From contig CAVZML010000006.1 of assembly GCA_963776395.1 (NCBI GenBank), positions 197,312 to 261,311 of the forward strand: DNA of 64,000 nucleotides, in the 5' to 3' direction. Within the stretch, counting starts at the first letter, position 1. Each line of letters begins with the position of its first letter. A program made the position numbers and the translations under genes. Shown here one piece after another: positions 42,724 to 55,379 of the stretch. The notes beneath the pieces were generated by a model that worked only from the letters and a program-made list of their open reading frames with translations, was not told the DNA's origin and did no database searches. The stretch is from an uncultured Chloroflexia bacterium (GTDB taxonomy: Bacteria; Chloroflexota; Limnocylindria; Limnocylindrales; CSP1-4).

Positions 42724-44022
42724 ATGGCACCGATCGAGCGATATCCGACGACGGCGGACGTCGATCGCATCGCGGCCGTGTCCGACCCCGTGATCCGCAA
42801 CCTCCAGATCACGCAGGCGTACCACGAGCTGGCGGCCGCGGTGGCGGCACGCGTGGGCGGGGCGAACTGGTGCACGTTCGCGACGTGGGCGTCGAAGCAG
42901 GCGGGACAGACGATCCGCAAGGAGGACCTCGCGCACCTGCTGGAGGGCGCCGGTCGCCCTGACCCTGCCGCACCGCGTCGCTGACCGCCGGCCTCTGATC
43001 CTGCCGCGGCCTCGCTGGACGGCGCCGGTCGCCCGGACCTTGTCGGCGCCGCGCACCTCGACCCTGCCGGCGCCGGTCGCCCGGACGCTGTCGTCGCCCC
43101 GGCATCGCAGGAGCTGGTGGCTTCCGCCCAGGCGCTCGGTTCGCGACGCAGCGCCGCGGAGGTCCGGGAGACCGTGTGGGACGTGATCAACCCGCTGGGC
43201 GCCGTCGATCGCGCATCCGATGCGGTCGGACGCGGCAACCTGAAGGTATTCGCGGAGATCGGCCGCGAGTTCGCGCGCTTCCTCGCGGTGTGCCTCGACG
43301 ACCCGGACTGTGACGCGGCGACGATCGCGCAGTTCTGCGCCGGGCTGCGTCCCGGCGATCCGCCCGAGGGGCAGCAATACCTGCGCCAGGCCTTTGGGCA
43401 CTACCACGGGGCGATCCTCGAGGCCGACGCCGCGCTGCGCGCGCAGCTGCTGCTGCTGGCCAACCTCGAGATCGGCTATCACGAGCAGACGCGCCTGCAA
43501 CCGGAGATCGCCGAGGCCATGAACGCGGCGCTGATCGATCGGCAGGAGTTCCGCCGGCGCCTGATCAAGGCGCTCTTCCCGCGGAACACGTGGCTGACAC
43601 GGCTGCGCCTGTTCCTGCCGAGGCTGTTCGGGCGGCCCGATCCCATCGACGCTGCCCTCGACGACCTGCTGGCCGAGGCCCGCCGCCTGGCGCACCTGGT
43701 CGTCACCGAGCGCATGATGACGCTCGGGCTGCCGCACGGCGTGGTCCTCCGCCTGGGCGACGACGTGCCCGGCACGTTTCCGCCCTCGCTCGTGCAGATC
43801 ACCCTGCCGGACCTGCAGGCATTGATCGCCCGGTTCGACCCGACGCCGGACAGCACACGCGGATCGGGCGCGGCGGACTGGTCGGCCCTGTCCGATCGAT
43901 TGCGCTACATCGTCGACCTGTTCCGCTGCTACCACGAGGCCGCCGACCTGCTCGACCCGCCATTCATGGCGGGCCAGGTCACCGCGCTGGAGGCAGGACT
44001 CCTGCCGGAGGGCCGCCTCTAG
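42724..44022 (+). pseudogene. Conserved-looking hypothetical protein interrupted by a single in-frame TGA (42982-42984)
   Basis: ORFs 42724..42984 and 43117..44022 are in the same frame, with only one stop between them. The stop sits in a GAGRPD-repeat linker. Both halves look globular ([12 protein letters not shown]...[15 protein letters not shown], then ...LEIGYHEQTRLQPEI...). Confidence 0.5.
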
Positions 44023-44115
44023 GTGTCAACGGCGAGTCCGCAACCGTGACCTCGAGGCGCCGTCAGGGAGCGCCGCTGGAGCCTGGCCCCGGATCGGCCT
44101 GTGTAGGCTAGCGGG

Positions 44116-47100
44116 GTGTCGATCACCTGTCGGACGTGCGGCCAGGCGAATCCCGACGGGTTCCGCATCTGTGGCATGTGCGGGACCTCGCTCTCGAGCG
44201 GCACGATCGGGCGCCAGGAGCGCAAGGTCGTGACCGTCCTGTTCTGCGATCTCGTCGGGTTCACGGCGCGCGCCGAGCGACTCGATCCCGAGGACGTCCA
44301 GGCGATCCTGGCCCCGTACCACGAGCGCGTGCGACGTGAGCTCGAACGCCACGGCGGGACGGTCGAGAAGTTCATCGGCGACGCTGCGATGGCCCTGTTC
44401 GGCGCCCCCGTCGCCCGCGAGGACGACCCCGAGCGCGCCATCCGCGCGGCTCTTGCGATCCGTGACTACGCGCTCGAGACAGGTGTCGAGCTGCGCATCG
44501 GCGTCACCACCGGTGAGGCCCTCATCTCGATCGACGCCAACCCGGCTCTCGGTGAAGGGATGGCGTCGGGCGATGTCGTCAACACCGCGGCTCGACTGCA
44601 GGCATCGGCACCCGTGAACGGGATCCTGGCCGACGCGACGACGTATCGGATGACGCGGACCGTCGTCGACTTTCGCGTGACCGACGCCGTCTCGGCAAAG
44701 GGCAAGTCAGATCCCGTGCCGGTCTGGGAGGTGGTCGATGCGCGCTCGCGATTCGGCTCGGACGTGACGCACCACGCCCGGACCGGACTGGTCGGTCGCG
44801 AACGCGAGCTCGGCCTGCTGCGCGACGCGCTCGATCGAGCCCGCTACGAGCGGATCCCGCAGCTGGTCACCATCGTCGGGGTGCCGGGCATCGGCAAGAG
44901 TCGCCTGATCTACGAGCTGTCCCGCATCGCCGATGCCGATTCGGACCTCATCACCTGGCGCCAGGGTCGTTGCCTCGCGTACGGCGACGGCGCCGCATTC
45001 TGGGCACTGGCCGAGATCGTCAAGGCTCAGACCGGGATCCTCGAGCAGGACAGCGAGGCAGTGGCGAGCGACAAGCTGCGGACGATGGTCGACGGGTGCG
45101 ATCGACGATCCGGGCCAGGCGCGGTGGGTCGAGGCGCATCTTCGGCCGCTCGTCGGCCTCGGCGCCGACGAGGGCTTCGGCGGTGACCGGCGCGGGGAGG
45201 CATTCGCTGCCTGGCGACGCGCCCTCGAGGCGCTCGCGGAGCAGCGGCCCCTCGTCCTCGTCATCGAGGACCTGCACTGGGCGGACGACGGCCTGCTCGA
45301 CTTCGTCGACGAGCTCATCAGCTGGTTGACGCGATGTCCCGTTGCTCGTGATCGGGACCGCCCGGCCCGAGCTCCTGGAGCGCCGGCCGGGATGGGGCGG
45401 CGGCAAGCTCAACGCCTCCACGCTTGCCCCGAGACCGCTGTCAACGGACCAGACAGCGGTCCTTCTCGCCGACGCATGGGCAGGCTGGACCTTCCCGACG
45501 ATGTCGAGCGGACGCTGATCGAGCGGGCGGACGGGAATCCGCTCTATGCGGAGCAGTTCGCCCAGCTGTTCCTGGAGCAGGGATCCGCGGCGACGGTGGC
45601 CATGCCGGATTCGCTGACCGGGATCGTGAGCGCTCGCCTCGACACGTTGACGGTCGACGAGAAGGCGGTCCTGCAGGACGGCGCCGTCATGGGCAAGGTC
45701 TTCTGGACGGGTGCGGGTTGATTCCTCGGAGGAGTCGGCACCGCTCCTGCGGCCCTTGCGCGCAAGGGGTTCGTCACCCGCCAGCGGCGGTCGTCCGTCG
45801 AGCATGAGACCGAGTGGTCGTTCGCACACATGCTGATCCGCGACGTGTCCTACGGCCAGATCCCGCGAGCGGACCGGAGCAACAAGCATCGTCGGGCGGC
45901 GGAGTGGATCGCCCGACAAGGGAGGGCCGAGGACCACGCCGAGCTGCTCGCTCACCACTGGCGCTCAGCGTTGCGCCTCGCCGGGGCGGCCGGCCTCGAC
46001 ACGACCGAGCTGATCGATCCGACGCGGCTTGCGCTGCGAGCCGCCGGTGATCACTCGTACGCGCTCAGCGCGTTCCGGTCGGCGGCAACGTTCTACGCGG
46101 AGGCGCTTGACCTCACGCCGCACGACGACCCGACCGTCCCGAGCTCCTGTTCCGCTATGCCCGCGCGGCGGACGTCGTCGGGATGGCCGGTGCCGTCGCC
46201 GCCGTCGAAACCGCCCGCGACGCCCTGCTGGCGGTCGGCGCTCTCGAACGGGCCGCCGAGGCGGAGACGCAGCTCGCCGATATCGACTGGCTGCACGGCC
46301 AGCGCGACGCTGCCTATCTCCACCTCGAGCGGGCGCAGGCGCTCATCGCCGATGGCGAGGCCTCGCCCGCGAGGGCTCGCGTGCTCAGCGCGGCATCCCG
46401 ATACCTCGCGCTCGCCGGTCGCAGCGACGAGGCGATCAGGGTCGGCGGGCAGGCGCTGGCGATGGCCGACGCCCTCGGGCTCGACGAGGTCCGGGCGCAC
46501 GCACTCGACCAACCTGTCGATCGCCAAGCGACTCGTGGGCGATCCGACCGGCGACGACGAACTCGCACGCAGCATCGAGATCGGGCGGGCCGCCAACTCG
46601 GTCGAGCTCGGGCGGGCCTTGAACAACCTCGCGATGCGGGCCGTCGAGACGGGCGAGTTCGCGAGGGCCGTGTCGCTCCTCGAGGAGGCGATCGCGTTCG
46701 ACCTCAGCATCGGATCGGCCACCTACGCCAGGTTCGCCCGAGGCGGTCTGATCCCGCGCCTGGTCGACCTCGGTCGATGGGATGACGCGATGACCGCGGC
46801 CGACCGGTTCATCGCCGAAAGCGAGATCGAGCCGCATTACCAGGAGGTCACGGCTCGGGTGGCCCGCTCGAGCGTCCTGCTGGCACGCGGTGACCTCGTC
46901 GGGGCCGATGCCGACACGATGGCCGCGATGGCCATGGCCCGGCGCGCGAAGGACCCGCAGGCCCTGGTGCCGGCGATCGTGAGCCGGGTCGTCGTGGAGA
47001 CGATCCTCGAGTCACGCGGACACGGCGGCCCAGCTGCGGGCCGAGGTCAGGTCGATCTCGGCGACGTCCGGCGGACACGCTCGCACTACGTCGGGGCCTG

Positions 47101-47419
47101 GTGGATGGCTCATGCAGCGGGCCTGTCAACCGAGTATCTCGATCAGCTGGAACGCAACACCACACCGTTCGGCCTCGCCGCGAGCGCGCTCGAGGAGGGA
47201 GATCTCGATCGGGCCGCCGACCTGTTCGAGACGATGGGGGCACGTTCCAATGAGGCCTACGTCCGGTTGCTGGCGGCCGAGCGTGACTTCGCAGCCGGCG
47301 ACCGCCCGGCTGGCGAGCGGCAGCTCGAGCGGGCACTGGCCTTCTACCGCGAGGTCCGTGCGACGCGCTTCATCGAACGAGCCGAGTCGTTGTCGGCCCG
47401 GGTCACGCCGGAAGGCTGA
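44116..47419 (+). pseudogene. Class III adenylate/guanylate cyclase - AAA ATPase - TPR protein, five frameshifts plus one in-frame TGA
   Basis: The parts are a Zn-ribbon (CRTCGQANPDGFRICGMCG), a cyclase domain (VTVLFCDLVGFT, EKFIGDAAMALFGAP, GDVVNTAARLQ), a P-loop (GVPGIGKS), VIEDLHWAD and C-terminal TPR-like repeats. Disruptions lie near 45095, 45330, 45475, 46140 and 46505, and the TGA is at 45719-45721. Confidence 0.8.
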
Positions 47420-47518
47420 ACCAGGAGCGGGTCAGGCCGTCGCAGGCTCCCGCACTGATGTGGGGGTCGCCGCCGGCGACGGCACCGTGGAGGGACGGGC
47501 GCGGACGCCGTCCGAGAG

Positions 47519-47908
47519 TCAGAAGTCGCGGCGGCCGGTGAAGGTCGCCACGACGCCCGGCCGCGTCAGCTCGTAGATGGCCAGCCGCTGGCCCCCGGGA
47601 GCGGCGAACGAGCAGACCGGGCCCTGGGGAATGTCGATCATCCGGCCGCGAACCCAGCCACGTGCTTCGAGGTCGATCATCGCCCTGCCGATGTCGGCCA
47701 CCCGAAAGAGGAGGATCGGTCGATCCCCGTCGAGGTGGCCGGCGAGCAGGATCGCCGGGGGCCCCGGAGTCAGCTCCACCATCGCCACGCGCGTGGCCAT
47801 CTCCTCGATCGCGAAGACGAGCCGGCCGCCGAGGACGGTCGTGAACCAGGTGACGTCGGCGCCGACGTCGACGCTCGGCATGTAGATGTAGTCGAGCTGT
47901 TCGAACAC
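47519..47908 (-). CDS. VOC family protein
   Basis: 129 aa. FEQLDYIYMPSVDV...FAAPGGQRLAIYE shows a glyoxalase-like fold pattern. Confidence 0.65.
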   Translation of the reverse strand: MFEQLDYIYMPSVDVGADVTWFTTVLGGRLVFAIEEMATRVAMVELTPGPPAILLAGHLDGDRPILLFRVADIGRAMIDLEARGWVRGRMIDIPQGPVCSFAAPGGQRLAIYELTRPGVVATFTGRRDF

Positions 47909-48010
47909 TGCGCAGATCGTAACGGGCGATGCCAGCCGCGTCCCGGACGGTTTCTCAACTCCCGGCGGTCGGGTTCGGCCTGCAGCATCGGGTAGGCGGC
48001 GCGACGCCGG

Positions 48011-48706
48011 TCAGCTGTCCAGGTCGTCCAGCGTGCGTGCGCCCGTCGCGAGGTCCGCAAGCAGGTCGACGTGCACCTCGAGGGCGTCGATCACCGGGTA
48101 ACCCGGGTCGCGGCCGGCGAACGCCAGGTTGAGGTCCGTGCCTGCGAGCACGACCGCCTCCGCGCCCTGGTCCTCGACCATCTGACGCCCGGCCTCGAAG
48201 AAGATCGCGCGCTGCTCGTCCGTGCAGGTGCCGCTCACCGCGACATCCTGGTAGACCCTGCCGAGAACCACGAGGTCGCCGGCGGGGGCGACGGCCTCGG
48301 TCCGGGTCATCTGGCCGTAGAGGCGCGTGCGCATGACGACCTCGGTGCCCAGCAGGCCGACCCGGCGCAGACCCACCGCCGCGAAGTGGGCATCGAGCGG
48401 CGCGACCGCGCTCACCAGGGGCAGCGGCGAGATCCGCGCCGTCTCGGCGAAGCAGAAGTGCCCGCCGAGCGACGTGATCGCCGCGCACTCGGAGCCGGCC
48501 GCCCGGAGGCGCCCGATCAGGCCGGCGAAGATGGCCGCCTGCTCCTCGCGCCGGTCAGCGAGGACGTTCGCGATCAGGTCCCCGACGTCGGCCTGGACGA
48601 TCGTCAGCTCGAGACGGCGGTCGGTCCCGCGCAGCTTCGTGGTCAGCCGCTGGTAGTAGACGACGGTGGCCGCCGGGCCGATGCCGCCGATGAGCCCGAT
48701 GTGCAT
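48011..48706 (-). CDS. Aspartate/glutamate racemase family protein
   Basis: MHIGLIGGIGPAAT at the N-terminus and the second half-site AVVLAGTDL are typical of Asp/Glu/hydantoin racemases. Confidence 0.85.
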   Translation of the reverse strand: MHIGLIGGIGPAATVVYYQRLTTKLRGTDRRLELTIVQADVGDLIANVLADRREEQAAIFAGLIGRLRAAGSECAAITSLGGHFCFAETARISPLPLVSAVAPLDAHFAAVGLRRVGLLGTEVVMRTRLYGQMTRTEAVAPAGDLVVLGRVYQDVAVSGTCTDEQRAIFFEAGRQMVEDQGAEAVVLAGTDLNLAFAGRDPGYPVIDALEVHVDLLADLATGARTLDDLDS

Positions 48707-48823
48707 CGCCCGATTCTGCCACGGGACCGGGCCCCTTCAACGATGTCGTCCCGAGGAGCCAGGCCGACCGGACGCGAGAAGAGCCCGCACCACAAGGCGC
48801 GGGCCCTCATTGGCAGGCTGGCG

Positions 48824-48976
48824 CTACTCGGCCCCGCCGGCGGCCCGCTCCAGCATCGCCTCGTCGCCGCTCGTGCGGGCGGCGTCCCGCCGTGCCAGCC
48901 AGGCGTCGAGCGCCGTCGGCGCCAGGGTGATCATCACGGCGACGGCCGTGATCAGGGTGGTCTCAATGGTGGTCAT
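48824..48976 (-). CDS. Small hypothetical membrane protein (50 aa), absent from the ORF track
   Basis: ATG 48976 has a GGAGG 7 nt upstream. MTTIETTLITAVAVMITLAPTALDAWL contains one helix. The gene lies between the 79-aa gene and the racemase gene on the same strand. Confidence 0.4.
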   Translation of the reverse strand: MTTIETTLITAVAVMITLAPTALDAWLARRDAARTSGDEAMLERAAGGAE

Positions 48977-49045
48977 CGGGCATTCCTCCCGTGCGGTTGT
49001 TCGGTCAGTTCGACTCGGGCCGCAGCGCCTTTCCGGCGGCCCGGG

Positions 49046-49285
49046 TCAGGCCGCGGCGAGGACGTCGCTCAGGTCGATGCGACGGCGGTCGTGGAAGCCG
49101 GCCGAGATCGCGAGGCGCAGCCCGCTCTTGGAGTGGAGACTCTCGCACTCGATCCACAGCTCCGGGCCACGGACGTCGACCCTCATCGACCCTCCGCACC
49201 CGGCGCAGAACGTCAGGTCCTGCATCGCCCCCTCGATCCGCTCGCGCGCGAGATCGTCGGCAGTGGTGATCGTCTGTTCGTTCAT
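49046..49285 (-). CDS. Small hypothetical protein (79 aa) with CxxC
   Basis: It is the first gene of the minus-strand unit downstream of the twin palindromes. It contains FCAGCGG...CES. I recognise no family. Confidence 0.45.
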   Translation of the reverse strand: MNEQTITTADDLARERIEGAMQDLTFCAGCGGSMRVDVRGPELWIECESLHSKSGLRLAISAGFHDRRRIDLSDVLAAA

Positions 49286-49326
49286 CGATTCGCTCCTGTC
49301 CCCGGCCGGTCCTTGTGCGTATCATG

Positions 49327-49383
49327 GTTCTTGACCGGTCAAGAACACGGTGAGCATAGCCGATCTGTCTTGACCGGTCAAGA
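49327..49383. promoter_or_regulatory. Twin perfect palindromes (candidate LacI-family operators)
   Basis: GTTCTTGACCGGTCAAGAAC (49327-49346, 20 bp) and TCTTGACCGGTCAAGA (49368-49383, 16 bp) have centres 39 bp apart. They lie in the divergent region between 49285 (-) and the LacI-family gene. Confidence 0.6.
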
Positions 49384-49469
49384 TGAGAGTTGGACCGTGT
49401 CGTCGGACCGTGTCGGACCGGCTGCACGCTGGCCAGGGCGATCGACCCGTCGCCGAAAGGAGGACCGCA

Positions 49470-50591
49470 TTGGACGAGCCGATCCCGCCCCGCCAGCGCC
49501 TCACGTTGCGCGATCTCGCCAACTCGCTCGGCGTCTCCAAGACCACGGTATCGAACGCCTTCAGCCGTCCCGACCAGCTGTCGCCCGAGCTCCGCGAACG
49601 GGTGCTCGAGGCCGCCCGCGCGGCCGGCTACGCCGGGCCCGACGCGGTCGCCCGGATGCTCAGGACGGGGCGGGCCGGCGCCGTCGGGCTGATCCTGCCG
49701 GAGTCGCTGCCGTTCGCCCTGGACGACCCGATGGCGAGCGAGCTCATCCGCGGCATCGCCGACGCCTGCGAGGAGCGCCGGCTCGGGCTGCTCGTCGTGC
49801 CAGGTGGGCTCCATGCGGCCGACCCCCGGATCATCGCCGACATCGCGGTCGACGGCTTCGTCGCCTACTCGCTCCCGCACGGCTCCGCACGGCTCGAGGC
49901 GGCGCTCCGGCGCGGCGTCCCGGTCGTCGTGGTCGACCAGCCGCGAATGCCCGGTGTGGCCACCGTCGTCCTCGACGACGAGGGCGGGGCGCGCGAGGCC
50001 GCCCGCCACCTGCTCGCCCTGGGGCACCGGCGGTTCGGCATCGTGAGCCTGCCGTGCCTCCCGGACGGCTACACGGGTCCGGGCAACGCGGCCCGGATCG
50101 CATCGAGCGCATTCGACATCACGGCGGCGCGGTTCGCCGGATACGCGGAAGCGCTCGCTGCGGCCGGCGTCGCGATCGGGGTGGTCCCGTTCTTCGAGTG
50201 CGCTCACGGCGACGAAGCGCTCGGGGCGGCGGCCGCCCGCCACCTGTTCGCACTGCCGGAACGCCCGACCGCCGTCCTCGCGATGAACGACCGCCTCGCG
50301 ATCGGCGTCATGGCCGCTGCGCGGGCGTCCGGGCTCACGGTTCCCGGCGACGTGTCGGTGACGGGGTTCGACGACATCGCAGCGGCCGCGCGCGCCCGGC
50401 CCGCGCTGACCACGGTGCACCAGGAGCTGCGCCTCAAGGGCTACGCAGCGGCACGCCTCCTCCTCGACGCCCCTGCTGCGGCGCCTGCGGTGGAAGGGGC
50501 GTCCTCGCCGGACGAGGACCTCGGGCTCCCGTTCGAGCTGGTCGTACGCCGCTCGACCGGGGCGCCACATGGCCATCATAGTCAGATATGA
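49470..50591 (+). CDS. LacI-family transcriptional regulator
   Basis: TTG 49470 follows AAAGGAGGA. The HTH is LTLRDLANSLGVSKTTVSNAF, and the periplasmic-binding-fold body includes VTGFDD. Confidence 0.9.
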   Translation: MDEPIPPRQRLTLRDLANSLGVSKTTVSNAFSRPDQLSPELRERVLEAARAAGYAGPDAVARMLRTGRAGAVGLILPESLPFALDDPMASELIRGIADACEERRLGLLVVPGGLHAADPRIIADIAVDGFVAYSLPHGSARLEAALRRGVPVVVVDQPRMPGVATVVLDDEGGAREAARHLLALGHRRFGIVSLPCLPDGYTGPGNAARIASSAFDITAARFAGYAEALAAAGVAIGVVPFFECAHGDEALGAAAARHLFALPERPTAVLAMNDRLAIGVMAAARASGLTVPGDVSVTGFDDIAAAARARPALTTVHQELRLKGYAAARLLLDAPAAAPAVEGASSPDEDLGLPFELVVRRSTGAPHGHHSQI

Positions 50592-50600
50592 TAGTGAGCC

Positions 50601-50888
50601 ATGAGAACGATCAGCCCGCTCGACCTTCGGCGATCCCTCGGTTCCATCCTGGATGCGGCGTCGGCGGGGGAGCGCTTCCTCATCGAGCGCGACCACAGGC
50701 CCGTGGCGGTCCTGGTCTCCGTCGAGGACGGTCGCCGGCTGGATGTCGACCCCGGCGAACGCCGCCGGCGCTCGCTCGCCGCCCTGGACCGCCTCGAAGC
50801 CATCGGGCGGGAGCAGCGGACCCGTCACCCCGGTGGTCCCTCCTCGGTGGATGCCGTGCGGATGGACAGGGGCCGGGACGATGGCTGA
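50601..50888 (+). CDS. Phd/YefM-type antitoxin
   Basis: 95 aa. SPLDLRRSLGSILDAASAGERFLIERDHRPVAVLVS is the typical antitoxin N-terminus. It overlaps the toxin ATG by 8 nt. Confidence 0.75.
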   Translation: MRTISPLDLRRSLGSILDAASAGERFLIERDHRPVAVLVSVEDGRRLDVDPGERRRRSLAALDRLEAIGREQRTRHPGGPSSVDAVRMDRGRDDG

Positions 50889-51396
50889 CGCGCTCGTCCT
50901 CGACTCGTCGGCCGCCCTGGCACTGCTGTTGGGCGAGCCCGAGGCGCCGTCCGTGCGAGACCTCCTCGTCCGTGCCGCGGGTCGGCCGCTCCTCGTGCTC
51001 GACCTGTTCTGGCTCGAGGTCGTGAACGTTCTCCTGCGCCGCCACGGGTGGGACGCCAACGCGGTGGTCGAGACCCTCCGCGAGCTCGACGAGCTGGGGA
51101 TCGAGACGGTCGCACCGGACCGTCCCATGGTCCTCGCCGCCCTGGACCTCGCCGCGACCCGCGGGATCAGCGCGTACGACGCGGCGCACCTGGCGCTCGC
51201 CGAGGCGGCCGACGCCCAGCTCCTCACGCTGGACGAGCGCCTCGCCAGGGCGGCCGGGCCGCGCGCTGCCATCCGCCCGGGGCCCGGCACGAACGAGGAG
51301 CGCGCGCCGTACGGGCCGGCTGCGGCCGGCCCAGCGCCCGACTGGGCTCGCCACGGCCGCTACCTCGCGGAGCTTCGTCGCGCAGCGGGCGCGTGA
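50881..51396 (+). CDS. vapC: PIN-domain toxin (VapC-like)
   Basis: ALVLDSSAALALLLGE (first acidic residue), LDLFWLEV, YDAAHLALAE and LLTLDERL match PIN-domain acidic motifs. Confidence 0.8.
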   Translation: MADALVLDSSAALALLLGEPEAPSVRDLLVRAAGRPLLVLDLFWLEVVNVLLRRHGWDANAVVETLRELDELGIETVAPDRPMVLAALDLAATRGISAYDAAHLALAEAADAQLLTLDERLARAAGPRAAIRPGPGTNEERAPYGPAAAGPAPDWARHGRYLAELRRAAGA

Positions 51397-51635
51397 CGGC
51401 GGATCTGGATCAGCTCCAGTTCGACTCGATCATCCGCCCAACAACGCCGGTTGATTGCCGCGCATTCCAACAGGGTGACGCCGGACATCGTTCGAGGCGG
51501 ACAGCGGCTGCGTCTCCCGTTCCACGCATGCCGTGATAGAAGTCGGTATGGCGCCAGAGGACGGGCCAGTACCGACGGGATCACGAAACCCCAGGCGGAT
51601 TGCCCGGGGGTTCGGGTTTGAGGCGTGATTTAGGG

Positions 51636-54774
<3,139 letters not shown>

Positions 54775-55096
54775 TCTCCTCCGCTCCCGCCGTGGCGGGA
54801 CCACGCGTGGCTGCCGGCGGCCCGGATGGGGGCTCCTCGCGGGCATCACGGCGTCCCGGATGCCAGGCGGGACGCGATCTGCGGGCTCGAGGCTCCGTCC
54901 AGTTGGCGATCCCACGGTCACGATGGATGGGGTGACGCGTAGCTGCGGGATCGTCCGTCGGGGTCGTTCCAGACGCCGTTCCCGGCGGGCCCGGTTCCGT
55001 GGCCCTGTGGCCGCGCTGCGGGTGGTCTCCGGGGTCGACCGACGCTGGGGCGACCTTCGAACTGTACGCCGGTGTGGGGCGTTGGTCAAGGCCGAA

Positions 55097-55146
55097 ACCA
55101 CAACATGTAGTGGTGCGACGGTCGTTCGCATCGCAACATATGGGTT
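55097..55146 (-). promoter_or_regulatory. Two NrdR-box-like palindromes upstream of nrdJ
   Basis: On the minus strand the boxes read CCACTACATGTTGTGG (55099-55114) and the weaker AACCCATATGTTGCGA (55131-55146). Their centres are about 33 bp apart and they resemble the acaCwAtATaTwGtgt consensus. Confidence 0.5.
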
Positions 55147-55171
55147 TCAGGTGATTCGCGCCGGCGGCTGG

Positions 55172-55311
55172 CGTCCACGCGCGGGGCGGTGTTCGTCCAC
55201 GCGTGGGGCGGGTTCGTCCACTGTCGCGCCGGCAGTCATCCACAGCCGGCCGGGGAGCTTTCCACCAGGGCGACGAGGGTTGTCCACAGAACGCCCGTTC
55301 CATTGTGGACA
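55172..55311. promoter_or_regulatory. GTCCAC-containing direct repeats and hairpin upstream of the NrdR boxes
   Basis: Three 21-22-nt direct repeats (ttcGTCCACgcgtggggcgg) start at 55173, 55195 and 55216. A hairpin TGTCCACA-N15-TGTGGACA lies at 55281-55311. Confidence 0.35.
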
Positions 55312-55379
55312 GCCGAGGGCGGGCGCCCGAGGCCGCGTTCGTCGCCCCCGCGCCACCCGCGCCTTCCTCGCGCATTCCC

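Noticed and set aside
42982-42984. Selenocysteine or TGA reassignment at the in-frame TGA codons (also 45719-45721).
   Set aside because: I noticed no SECIS-like hairpin directly downstream. Most genes in the window terminate at TGA (for example gltB, the mini-proteins and the NuoF-like gene). Known TGA-recoding lineages are low-GC.
54775-55096. A cobalamin riboswitch in the long nrdJ leader.
   Set aside because: I could not find the B12-box (AGYCMGGAGACCKGCC-like) or the GGGAA / GCCACTG core elements on the minus strand. A covariance-model scan would be needed to exclude it formally.
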